From Macrostomum hystrix (lineage: Eukaryota > Animalia > Platyhelminthes), in assembly GCA_950097015.1 (NCBI GenBank), contig CATNEN010000007.1, forward strand, positions 7,750,001 through 7,814,000: a stretch of DNA of 64,000 nt, written 5' to 3'. The translations under genes and the position numbers were made by a program. The notes under the pieces are model-generated. The model searched no databases. It was not told the origin of the DNA and saw nothing but the letters and a program-made list of their open reading frames with translations. Shown one piece after another: positions 22,991 to 34,258 of this stretch (positions are counted from its first letter, which is position 1; every line of letters begins with the position of its first letter).

Positions 22991-23160
22991 AGGGGGTTGT
23001 AGCTTAGCTTGGTTAGAGTGTCGGACTCACCACTTTAAGCTCAGGTGTTCGATTATTGACTCCACCAGAACAATTTGTGACCTTCAGCAAGACGCTTAGC
23101 TCTGCGTTGCTTCATCTCACCCAGCTGTTGTATGCCGACCAACATTAGCTGGGGTTATTA
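22991..23160 (+). mobile_element. tRNA-derived SINE (degenerate)
   Basis: A-box-like TAGCTTAGCTTGGTTAGAG, B-box-like GTTCGATT, then the GACCTTCAGCAAGAC...CTCACCCAGCTG body typical of conserved-core metazoan SINEs. Confidence 0.6.
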
Positions 23161-26100
23161 GTCGGTGTGTCGTCAACCAAGTCAAATAGATTTTGTAAAT
23201 CCGCAGCCTTCAGATGCACAATAGCTGCGGCTGAGCGTCTGGTTGCATTTAGTCCGAATAGGCTTAGGGCAGATATTATAAGTTAATAATAGTATCCTTA
23301 TTAGTTACACCTAGTCACTACAGCTAGTCAGCTACTTATTAGTGCTCGATGTTGTTTGTATTCTGCAACTTAAGATTTTTAGACCTTAATCTAAACACCG
23401 TAATCTAACATGTAAAACACAGAAACATAATTTATTTTTAACTACTAGGACTGCTTGAATCACAAAGGCAACAAAGGGATAGTTAAATTTGATTTATTGC
23501 TTATTTGTGCAACTAATTGGCCCTATTGTGTCTTATTTCAAACTGTACCAATCAATCACAAGTTACGTGGACGTAGATGTCCTGCCATATTGTCTTGGAT
23601 CATCCCTGTTTGTGTGACCGTCGAGATTGATGCATAGAATGAATGATTGTCCCTTATTGATTTGTTCCTTGCATGTATGTCCACTTTTTTCTGCATCCCG
23701 TCTTAGTGAATATATATATATCCTAGATTATAACAATAATTTGCAGGTAGTATGACAATAAAAAAGAATTTCTTGTTCATGTTCATGTTTTTGTTCAAAA
23801 TCTTTATCATTCTTCCTGTTTAGAAAAAGGAGGATGGTCATACCTATTAATGCTTAAGTGTCAACAGCATTTAACTCTTATATAGTAATGTTTTAATGTT
23901 TAACATTAAAATCATATTTAAAAATCATATTTATATAGTAGGCCTAATTAAATGTTACATGTCAATTTAGTCACTTGAAGTGGAATACAGTACAGTACTA
24001 GCTAGGCCCTACACTAATAATATAGGAATTGAGAATTATATAATAGAACCATGCAAAAGTAATTGAACATATTCTAATAGAGTTGGCCTAGTTAGGATAA
24101 TAGCATTTGTCTATGTGTAGCCTAGCAATTAAAACTTTTTCTGCCAAAAGCAAAGTTTTGTTTGTGTTCTGTTCTCTTCAGCAAGCTATGACTTTGAGTG
24201 CTGAAAGATTAGAAAGAGTGCTGAGTACCATAGTATTTTGCACCTGCATTTTAAGTGAGTTTTCAGTTAATTTTTCAAGTCAAAATGTTCATAAAGTCCC
24301 ATAGTACTATCTTGTATCAGTTTTTAAATTACTTTTCTATGTTAATTTTGCAGATTGCTAACTGATAACTCTCTTTAAACTGCTAACAAGAGAAACTAAC
24401 TTATAATTTTAAATTGAAAGAATGGAAATTTTTATTTTAACGATAACATCCTAATTTAGAAATTATGCCTCCTTTACTACAATAGGGTTGTGCATCTCAA
24501 TAAATGAAAAGGAATTAGTAAAGAACTACCATTTCGAAATATCATTAAAATTAACCAAATTATAACTTGTGCTAAAAATCTCTAATGTGGGTACATTTGC
24601 CATGTCATAACTCTAGGCATTCTTTTCATATAGTTTGTTAAACAGTATTTTTTCAGAAAATTTTTGTTTAAAATAAGTGCAAAAACATTTGTGAAATCAT
24701 TTTGAAACAATGATATGATAGGTTTCAAATGTTGTGTGTCAAAAATTCAGCAGGGGTAATAATATGGGAGGTTGGATCTAGAATAAGTGATGTGCTGCTA
24801 GATAGCCTTGTTGCATGGTGTTAATATACTTTAAGTGTATGTTGATTAATAGTAGAAAATTATTAGAGCATGGTAACAGAATACAGAAGATGTGCTAATA
24901 ATCCCTCCACTAACTAGCTCATCCCTTTTGGCCATAGACATTGCCAAGCAGCGTCTTCCCTGCATAGAACATTTGCCATAGACAAGTTCCTCAGAACCCC
25001 AGAAACAGCCCCATTTCATTAAGTACCAAGAAATTTGTTTGATGTAAACAAAATTCTAAGTCATTTCATCAATTTAAAATAAAAATTTTCAGAAAAAAAG
25101 TAAAAAATGATTAAAAGAATACCCAACTTTATATCCATAGTATAAGCTCATTTTTTATCTGGTTCTCTGGTACTCTTAATTAGCCACTAAAATATACTTT
25201 TTGAGACACAAAACAAGCTAAAGCCTTTGTTGCCAAGTGTTAGCCAAAATTTCTTCCCAATCTATAGAGCTATGGACATCCAATTATTGACAACATTGTT
25301 CAGCCTATAACCTTTGGCATATAAGATGCTGAAATCTAACATGGCTCAGCATAATTCATGGGCCTGTAGCAGTATTCAAGTCCAAGAGCATAAGAGAACA
25401 AAATCACCAGAGAAGTACACCACTAGATCAAAAAGTTTAGATGTGGCTGATTTGCCAAGATCTAGACAACCAAGGTATGGACAATGATAGGTTCTGACCT
25501 ACATGCTCAACATGAGACCCATTGCCAGGAAGTAATGCTGTTGCTCTTTTTTTTACTAAATGCACTTACCAATTGACTTACAAGAGCCAAATGCCTCTGT
25601 CAATTCTGACTGCACTACATTGACTCGCTGAAGAAAGAAATAGCCCACAGAGAACTCCAACGGAGCCTATGCTTCTCTATTATGATAATGATTGGCCCCA
25701 CACTAAAAAACGCAATGCAATCAACAAAATGCAATTAAACTTGGTCTTGAAGTTATATAACTTAGCATATAGATTCCTTTTTTGTAGAAAAAAATTGACT
25801 AGTTTAATCTAGTGAATTGGTGACCTCTTAAATAGTGTATTTTTTATTGAAAACAGTTGTGTAAATCACATTTTAGCCCATAAAATATTAGGTTGGTTTT
25901 TTGTCTCTAATTATTATACGTTTCAAGTCCGAAATTCAGAGTAACACTTTTTTATCTGTATTTAGAGCATTTAGATAAAAGACAAATATTTTTAACTGCA
26001 AGTGTAATCTTAATTGCTATTCTTGTACTAATATAAATATTAAAACTTATATAATGCTTGCTATAACTTTGTAGGCTTGTATCACTTTGTTTTAAAAGCA

Positions 26101-26267
26101 ATCAAAAGGCACCCACAGATTATTTATTGATGACCGGGCAGGTGTAGAAGTAAAGCCTCGAATCGGCATCTAACTGGGTCACCAGGCGCCCGGCACAGCA
26201 CCTATCGCCTGTCTGAATAGCTCGATAAAGCTCGAGTTTTGAAAAATCAAAGTGAAATATCTGAGCA

Positions 26268-27857
26268 ATGGTGGCCACCAGGTGTCGTCACACGCGGGAG
26301 AGCCTGCACCACAGCCTGGTAAATCGATCCCTGGCCCTCAGGCGGCGCTTCCTGTCGCCTCAGCTGCATCAACGCCAGCTTCTAAATGGACTACTCAGAG
26401 AACGGCTCTGTCGTGAGCTGTCAAACACCCTGCAGCCATTCGCCTACAACATTGGCTCCTATAACAAGGTTAGTCTAGTGGCGGGTTGGGATTGCGTTGA
26501 TATGTCAGTATCCAATAATGCTACTCTTAGTAGTATTTTTAATTGCTACTTCTCCCTAACTCGGCAGGTGTTTGCTTGCGAATGGCTCAATAGCGACTCG
26601 GTACTATTAGCCACTAAGTGCAACCACCTGCTCCGCCTGAGCCTGCACAATGGTGCCGTTAGTCGAGTCCCTCTTCTAGGCGCCTCCAGCAATCCTATTC
26701 CCGCCTTAATGAACGACGGCGGCATTCACGCCTTGGAGTCTAACGAGTCGGCCAGCTTCCTTGCCACCGGCGCCCAGGCTGACGGCGATCTCGGAATCTA
26801 CGAGCTGCCCAGCATGCGGCCCTACGCCCTTCTGCGCGGCGCCCACTCCGACTGGCTGTTCGACGTCGCCTGGCTGGACTTTGCCACCCTTGTGTCGGTG
26901 GCGCGGGACTCCACAATGGCAGTCTGGAGCCTGCCGGAGTCCAATTCGGCTGGCGATGTTGAATCAGACGGCTTTACTGTGACAGCGCCGCGCTTCCAGC
27001 GCCAGGTGCGCGGACCGAATAACCAGAGTGCCCGACTGCGCTCGGTTGACATTGGCCGCTGCGGTAGCCTGGCTGTGCTCAGCCTCAATAGCTTCTTGCA
27101 CTTTTACAGCCAAGAGCGGCTGGACACGCCAGTTGCCTGCATTGAGCTTGGCGACTCCAATTCCACCTTGGCCAGGGAGACTGTCTGCGTGCGGGCCTCG
27201 CCCGAACCGCACTGCTTCTATTCGTGCTGTGTGGATCGAGTTAGTAGCCAAGCGGTTCATGCTTTCATTTTTAGTTTGCGTATTTTAAGCAACTTCTGTG
27301 TTTCATTTTCTTTCAATCCATTTTTGCTTTAATTACCGTTTCTCTTGACAACTCGTGCCCTAAAGGCGTCGAATCCGTGCTTTGCCACAATTGTTACGTA
27401 TCCACTCACTCAAAGTACTTTGCATTTTACATTTCTTGCATTTCTTAAGACAGTAACCGTTACATTCGTTTAGGTTTCTCTGTACGACAACCGGATGAGC
27501 TCGGAGGTGTACAGTATCCAGTCCACGGACATGCTGAGCGGAGTTCGCTCCGTAGCTTGCAACGGCCCAGTTGTGTCCTACGGTACCGGCATCGGCAATG
27601 TGTACTTTTACGACTGCCGCACCAAGCGACACCTGGACCGCCACCTGGCCCTGTGCAAGGCCGCCCTGCCTGTCAGGGGCGACTCCCAGCAGCGCCATGC
27701 TCAGATGCTGTTCCGCGATCACAATTACCAGCACGGCTCCGAGCCAGAGTACGCCATCTATTCGCACAAGTACGACGAGAATTGTGCGAGAGTTTTCGCA
27801 TCTGGCGGCCCGCTAGCCACCACCTATTGGGGCAATGTGGCCGTGCTGCACTCCTAA
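26268..27857 (+). CDS. DCAF12: DDB1- and CUL4-associated factor 12 (WD40); exons 26268-26468, 26568-27239, 27474-27857
   Basis: NK|VFACEWLN...TKCN, GIHALE.N.S..FLATG, AHSDWLF and C-terminal AIYSHKYD...GGPL...GN match DCAF12 signatures. Confidence 0.88.
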
Positions 27858-28941
27858 GGATTGCGAAAGCATTGTGGAAGAATGCGGCTCAGAATGATGA
27901 AGGATTCGGCTTAGGGACTGGTTATGCTTCGAACTCTTAAATCTTAGTCCAGGAATGTTGGGGATTAGACTTGGGATTAGACTTGGGATTAGACTTGGAA
28001 TTTAGAGTGAAGTGTAGTATTGCAGCTTGCATCTCAATCCAGTAGAGAAATGAGGACCGCACTGCGTCGATTGTGTTTACTTCGATTTCAAGTTTCTGCT
28101 CAGCGGACTTACTTTCAGTGTACATTTTTGTAGTTGATTTTATGAGGCCTGCAGTTATGCTAACCCTGTGCCACAAATGCTGACTGCTTTGCATCCAGAT
28201 TTCCTGCTTATAAAATACCTTTAGGTTATAGAAGACTATTTATTTTCATTCTCATTTTTCTCTCCTTAAATTGCAGTTTTAAGGTCGATAATGTTGAATT
28301 ATTACAATAGTACCAGAAAATTACTTTCTTTTTCTCGCCTAATTTTCTCGTTCTTAAAAACCCTATATTGTGGATGTAAAGTTTCCGCACATGGATTTCT
28401 TTAGAGATATATATTTTAATCTCACTTTGTTATTTTGCTACTGTCCAACTTTGAAATCGAGAACTGTCATTCAACTCGAGATTTTGTGTTGATAAAATCC
28501 CATATGACTGCTCACACTGAGCATTTGATGGACTTCGTATCAATAAATACCTGTTGAAGCTTTGTTCGCTAGGGTGATGCATGTACTGCCTCTGACGGCA
28601 CTGGATTTAATGAAGATGAATCAGTTGTTTGCTGAGACCAGAGTACTGAAGTCGTGTTTAATATTTCACTCTATATTATTCGATACTCTATACTGATTCT
28701 AGTAGAACATTGACTGCGCTGTTCGACATTGTACATACGCGCACACCTGTTTACTCATTTCCTGCTGCTCATTGACGCATGTACTGACCCACTGATATCC
28801 TAGTGTACATGAAGATATTTAATTGCAAAACAGTTGCCCAAATCTATTCAAGGCCAGTCTGTCTAAGATTTACCTGCTCGTTGTAGATTCTTTTTGCTAA
28901 AACCGTTTTGTTCCGTTGTATTTATTTCGATCGAATATGGG

Positions 28942-29436
28942 CAACTCACCCAGCCTGATGACCCAGCATATCACCAACTCACCCAGCCTGATGACCCAGC
29001 ATATCCCCAACTCACCCAGCCTGATGGCCCAGCATATCACCAACTCACCCAGCCCTATGGCCCAGCATATCCCCAACTCACCCAGCCTGATGACCCAGCA
29101 TATCCCCAACTCACCCAGCCTGATGACCCAGCATATCCCCAACTCACCCAGCCTGATGACCCAGCATATCCCCAACTCACCCAGCCTGATGACCCAGCAT
29201 ATCCCCAACTCACCCAGCCTGATGACCCAGCATATCCCCAACTCACCCAGCCTTATGGCCCAGCATATCACCAACTCACCCAGCCTGATGACCCAGCATA
29301 TCCCCAACTCACCCAGCCTGATGACCCAGCATATCCCCAACTCACCCAGCCTGATGACCCAGCATATCCCCAACTCACCCAGCCTTATGGCCCAGCATAT
29401 CCCCAACTCACCCAGCCTGATGACCCAGCATATCAC
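28942..29436. repeat. 33-bp minisatellite, about 15 copies, just upstream of the SRSF7-like gene
   Basis: CAACTCACCCAGCCTGATGACCCAGCATATCCC units. Confidence 0.95.
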
Positions 29437-29617
29437 ATCATCAACTCACCCAACTCCTCAATTTCCGGTAAATTTCATCAAGCAACCTAGCTTAAAAGTG
29501 AAGCACCAATACACTAAGGATCATTTTGCTACCTGGTTATTAGGCAGAGTTAATTAAATCCCTGTTGATTGTCCTGAGTTGACTGAGGTTCGCTCGCTTC
29601 CGCAGCCTGCAGCCACC

Positions 29618-32600
29618 ATGGCCCGAATGCGACTCGACTGCAAGATCTACGTGGGCGATCTTCCACGCGACGCCGAGGAGCGCGAAATCGAGCGCGCCTT
29701 CCGCTCCTACGGCAACGTCCGCTCCGTTTGGGTTGCCCGCAATCCGCCCGGCTTCGCCTTCGTGGAGATGGAAGATCCGCGCGACGCCAAGGACGCCGCG
29801 CGTGGACTCGACGGCACCACCATCTGCGGCGTGCGCGCCAGAGTTGAAATGTCCAGCGGCCAGGCGCGCGGCGGACGCTCCAGCAATCCCAACGACCGGT
29901 GCTACGAATGCGGCGAGCCGGGCCACTACGCCTACGCGTGTCCGCGCAAGGGTGGCCGTGGCGGCCGCGGTGGCCGCGACGAAGGCGGTCGAGATCGCCG
30001 CAGGTAAGTCTGGAAACTGATGAGAACGTCTGGCTTGCGTTGCTGTTTCTACCTAGTCTACCTAGCAAAAATCTTTCCGCATGCTCGCTTTTGTTTAGAC
30101 GCAGCCCATCGTATAGCCGGAGCCGCAGTCGCAGTCGAAGTCTGAGCCGCAGCCGCTCTCCACCACCGCGCCGTCGCAGGTGAGAATAGCTATTAGTTAA
30201 TAAACTATATTGGAGATCTAAGCGAGGCAGATTGGAGATCTGGGAGAGGCAGATTCGACATCTGAGAGAGGCAGATTGGACATCTGGGAGTGGCAGATTG
30301 GAGATCTGGGAGAGGCAGATTGGAGATCAGGGAGAGGCAGATTGGACATCTAAGAGAGGCAGATTGGACATCTGGGAGTGGCAGATTGGAGATCTGGGAG
30401 AGGCAGATTGGAGATCAGGGAGAGGCAGATTGGACATCTGGGAGAGGCAGATTAGAGGTCTAGGAGAGGCAGATTGGACATCTGGGAGAGGCAGATTGGA
30501 GATTTGGGAGAGGCAGATTGGACATCTGGGAGAGGCAGATTGGACATCTGAGAGAGGCAGATTGGACATCTGAGAGAGGCAGATTGGACATCTGAGAGAT
30601 GCAGATTTGAGATCAGGGAGAGGCAGATTGGACATCTGGGAGTGGCAGATTGGAGATCTGGAGAGGCAGATTGGAGATCTGGGAGTGGCAGATTGGAGAT
30701 CTAGGAGAGGCAGATTGGACATCTGGGAGAGGCAGATTGGACATCTGAGAGAGGCAGATTGGACATCTGAGAGATGCAGATTTGAGATCTGAGAGATGCA
30801 GATTTGAGATCAGGGAGAGGCAGATTGGACATCTGGGAGTGGCAGATTGGAGATCTGGAGAGGCAGATTGGAGATCTGGGAGTGGCAGATTGGAGATCTG
30901 GGAGAGGCAGATTGGAGATCTGGGAGAGGCAGATTAGAGGTCTAGGAGAGGCAGATTGGACATCTGGGAGAGGCAGATTGGAGATTTGGGAGAGGCAGAT
31001 TGGACATCTGGGAGAGGCAGATTGGACATCTGAGAGAGGCAGATTGGACATCTGAGAGATGCAGATTTGAGATCAGGGAGAGGCAGATTGGACATCTGGG
31101 AGTGGCAGATTGGAGATCTGGAGAGGCAGATTGGAGATCTGGGAGTGGCAGATTGGAGATCTGGGAGAGGCAGATTGGACATCTGGGAGAGGCAGATTGG
31201 ACATCTGAGAGAGGCAGATTGGACATCTGAGAGATGCAGATTTGAGATCTGAGAGATGCAGATTTGAGATCAGGGAGAGGCAGATTGGACATCTGGGAGT
31301 GGCAGATTGGAGATCTGGAGAGGCAGATTGGAGATCTGGGAGTGGCAGATTGGAGATCTGGGAGAGGCAGATTGGAGATCTGGGAGAGGCAGATTGGAGA
31401 TCTGGGAGAGGCAGATTAGACATCTGGGAGTGGCAGATTGGAGATCTGGGAGAGGCAGATTGGAGATCTGGGAGTGGCAGATTGGAGATCTGGGAGAGGC
31501 AGATTGGAGATCTGGGAGAGGCAGATTGGAGATCTGGGAGAGGCAGATTGGAGATCAGGGAGAGGCAGATTGGAGATCTGGGAGAGGCAGATTGGAGATC
31601 TAGGAGAGGCAGATTAGAGATCTGGGAGATGCAGATTTGAGATCAGGGAGAGGCAGATTGGACATCTGGGAGTGGCAGATTGGAGATCTGGAGAGGCAGA
31701 TTGGAGATCTGGGAGTGGCAGATTGGAGATCTGGGAGAGGCAGATTGGAGATCTGGGAGTGGCAGATTGGAGATCTGGGAGAGGCAGATTGGAGATCTGG
31801 GAGAGGCAGATTAGACATCTGGGAGTCGCAGATTAGAGATCTGGGAGAGGCAGATTGGAGATCTGGGAGTGGCAGATTGGACATCTAAGAGAGGCAGATT
31901 GGAGATCTGGGAGAGGCAGATTGGAGATCAGGGAGAGGCAGATTGGAGATCTGGGAGAGGCAGATTGGAGATCTAGGAGAGGCAGATTAGAGATCTGGGA
32001 GAGGCAGATTGGAGATCTAGGTGAGGCAGATTGGAGATCTAGGAGAGGCAGATTAGAGATCTGGGAGTGGCAGATTGGAGATCTGGGAGAGGCAGATTGG
32101 AGATCTGGGAGAGGCAGATTGGAGATCTGGGAGTGGCAGATTGGAGATCTGGGAGAGGCAGATTGGAGATCTGGGAGAGGCAGATTGGAGATCTGGGAGA
32201 GGCAGATTGGAGATCAGGGAGAGGCAGATTGGAGATCTGGGAGAGGCAGATTGGAGATCTAGGAGAGGCAGATTAGAGATCTGGGAGATGCAGATTTGAG
32301 ATCAGGGAGAGGCAGATTGGACATCTGGGAGTGGCAGATTGGAGATCTGGAGAGGCAGATTGGAGATCTGGGAGTGGCAGATTGGAGATCTGGGAGAGGC
32401 AGATTGGAGATCTGGGAGTGGCAGATTGGAGATCTGGGAGAGGCAGATTGGAGATCTGGGAGAGGCAGATTAGACATCTGGGAGTCGCAGATTAGAGATC
32501 TGGGAGAGGCAGATTGGAGATCTGGGAGTGGCAGATTGGACATCTAAGAGAGGCAGATTGGAGATCTGGGAGAGGCAGATTGGAGATCAGGGAGAGGCAG

Positions 32601-33021
32601 ATTGGAGATCTGGGAGAGGCAGATTGGAGATCTAGGAGAGGCAGATTAGAGATCTGGGAGAGGCAGATTGGAGATCTAGGTGAGGCAGATTGGAGATCTA
32701 GGAGAGGCAGATTAGAGATCTGGGAGTGGCAGATTGGAGATCTGGGAGAGGCAGATTGGAGATCTGGGAGAGGCAGATTGGAGATCTGGGAGTGGCAGAT
32801 TGGAGATCTGGGAGTGGCAGATTGGAGATTTGGGAGAGGCAGATTGGAGGTCTGGGAGAGGCAGATTGCAGATTGGTGGTTGACTGATTCCATGGGAATC
32901 TTAGAGAGGCTGATTAGTGAACTAATTGTTATCTATAAACATTGCTGGCTACTGAAGTGAGTAGTGCATTTACAATTTAAGCCTTCAATATTTCAGATCC
33001 CGCAGCGGCAGCTCTCGCTGA
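29618..33021 (+). CDS. SRSF7: SR splicing factor with RRM, CCHC zinc knuckle and RS tail (9G8 type); exons 29618-30003, 30099-30179, 32997-33021
   Basis: KIYVGDL...[42 protein letters not shown]; Kozak GCCACCATGG; phase-2 introns are consistent. Confidence 0.9.
30209..32870. repeat. 22-bp GA-rich minisatellite (~120 copies) with higher-order repeats, filling the last SRSF7 intron
   Basis: GGCAGATTGGAGATCTGGGAGA; a 659-bp higher-order period is shown by identical ORFs at 31637 and 32296. Confidence 0.95.
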
Positions 33022-33570
33022 CACGGCTTCTGAAAATAGCCTGACAACTGTCTGCCAGCGGGGCCTTGTTAGTTCAGCAACGCCCAGTGAATAGCCGCTA
33101 AATAATCCAAGCTACAATAAAAGTCCTGATTGCCTTTGGCTTGCAAACTGTTCAAATTGGTCAGCTCATCCTATCGCACCGCCAATACTAATAGTAAAAC
33201 AACAATACAAGTTGAACTCATTATGCTTGCTCTGGCTCACTTAAAATAAAAATATCTATAGTGTACTATCTGACAGCCGCACTGCCAACTGCATTTTTCT
33301 CTTCTACACCCACCAGCTCCCCTCCTAGTGGGACTTCTGGTAGCAATCGACTATTGTGTCATCTAATTAGTTATTTCATTAGAAGTTCATTGTCTTATCA
33401 GGTTTTTACACTCCGAAACCCTTTTAACTGTTGCTATTCCGTTCTGTTATGTCTGTTGTTTTGAAACTGTCCAAGCTATGCATCGCGCTATGTATTTTTA
33501 GCTTATGAAATTTCTACAAGGCAGTGTCATTTATTTGTACTTAAAGTTAGCAGTTTATATTTTTGTTTAA

Positions 33571-33923
33571 CAGTAGAAAGATCACGCTAATTTTCTCCCT
33601 GGGGAAGAACTAGGAAAAAGAAAGAGGAAACAATCTAGTCAATACACTATGATTAAAAATTATATCCGAGTTTGGTTACACGATGAATATTTGTGAGCAG
33701 AAAAAATTATGCCTATATAATGTTGGTCTTTGCCACCAGACAAACCGACGAGAATATCGTTGAATATCTTGACGACGCCGATGTTTTGTGATTCAGGAAG
33801 TTGTTTCATCGAATGGAGCGAAAAATTCAGTCCGTGTTCTGGATTTTCCTGGCCATTGGTTGCATATATTTGGAAACAGAAACAAATTTGGGTGTTTGAA
33901 ATACCCACATGCTCTTTCTACTG
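33571..33923. mobile_element. MITE with CAGTAGAAAGA TIRs, flanked by TTTAA
   Basis: Left CAGTAGAAAGATCACG, right CATGCTCTTTCTACTG; related inverted partial copy at ~35382-35615. Confidence 0.7.
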
Positions 33924-34258
33924 TTTAAGCAATATGATTTCAATTGGCTTGCAAACTTCTTGTCCTCAAAAGGCTTGTCAAAATTTCAACTGCAAATCAT
34001 TTTTTAAATTAGTTTTTATCATTTCGACCGTTGCTTTATTAATTGATTCATTAATAAAATCATAAAGGCACGCATCTGACTGTTCCATCACGGCACTGGC
34101 GCTAGAAACCTGTGCCCTGTCTGTTTGTTTATCAATAAATACATTTTAATGACATGCTCTTTTAACACTAGAGCTGAGCTTTATTTTAAAGCTAAACTTA
34201 CTCAATGTACTCAATGTACTCAATGTACTCAAACTGTGCTGTTGCATTTTTTCAGCAG

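Noticed and set aside
24900-25720. Decayed retroelement coding remnant
   Set aside because: The composition is suggestive, but no RT, endonuclease or integrase motif could be read.
28560-28640. C/D box snoRNA candidate (GTGATGC...CTGA)
   Set aside because: The C box is imperfect, the terminal stem is weak, and there is no recognisable guide sequence.
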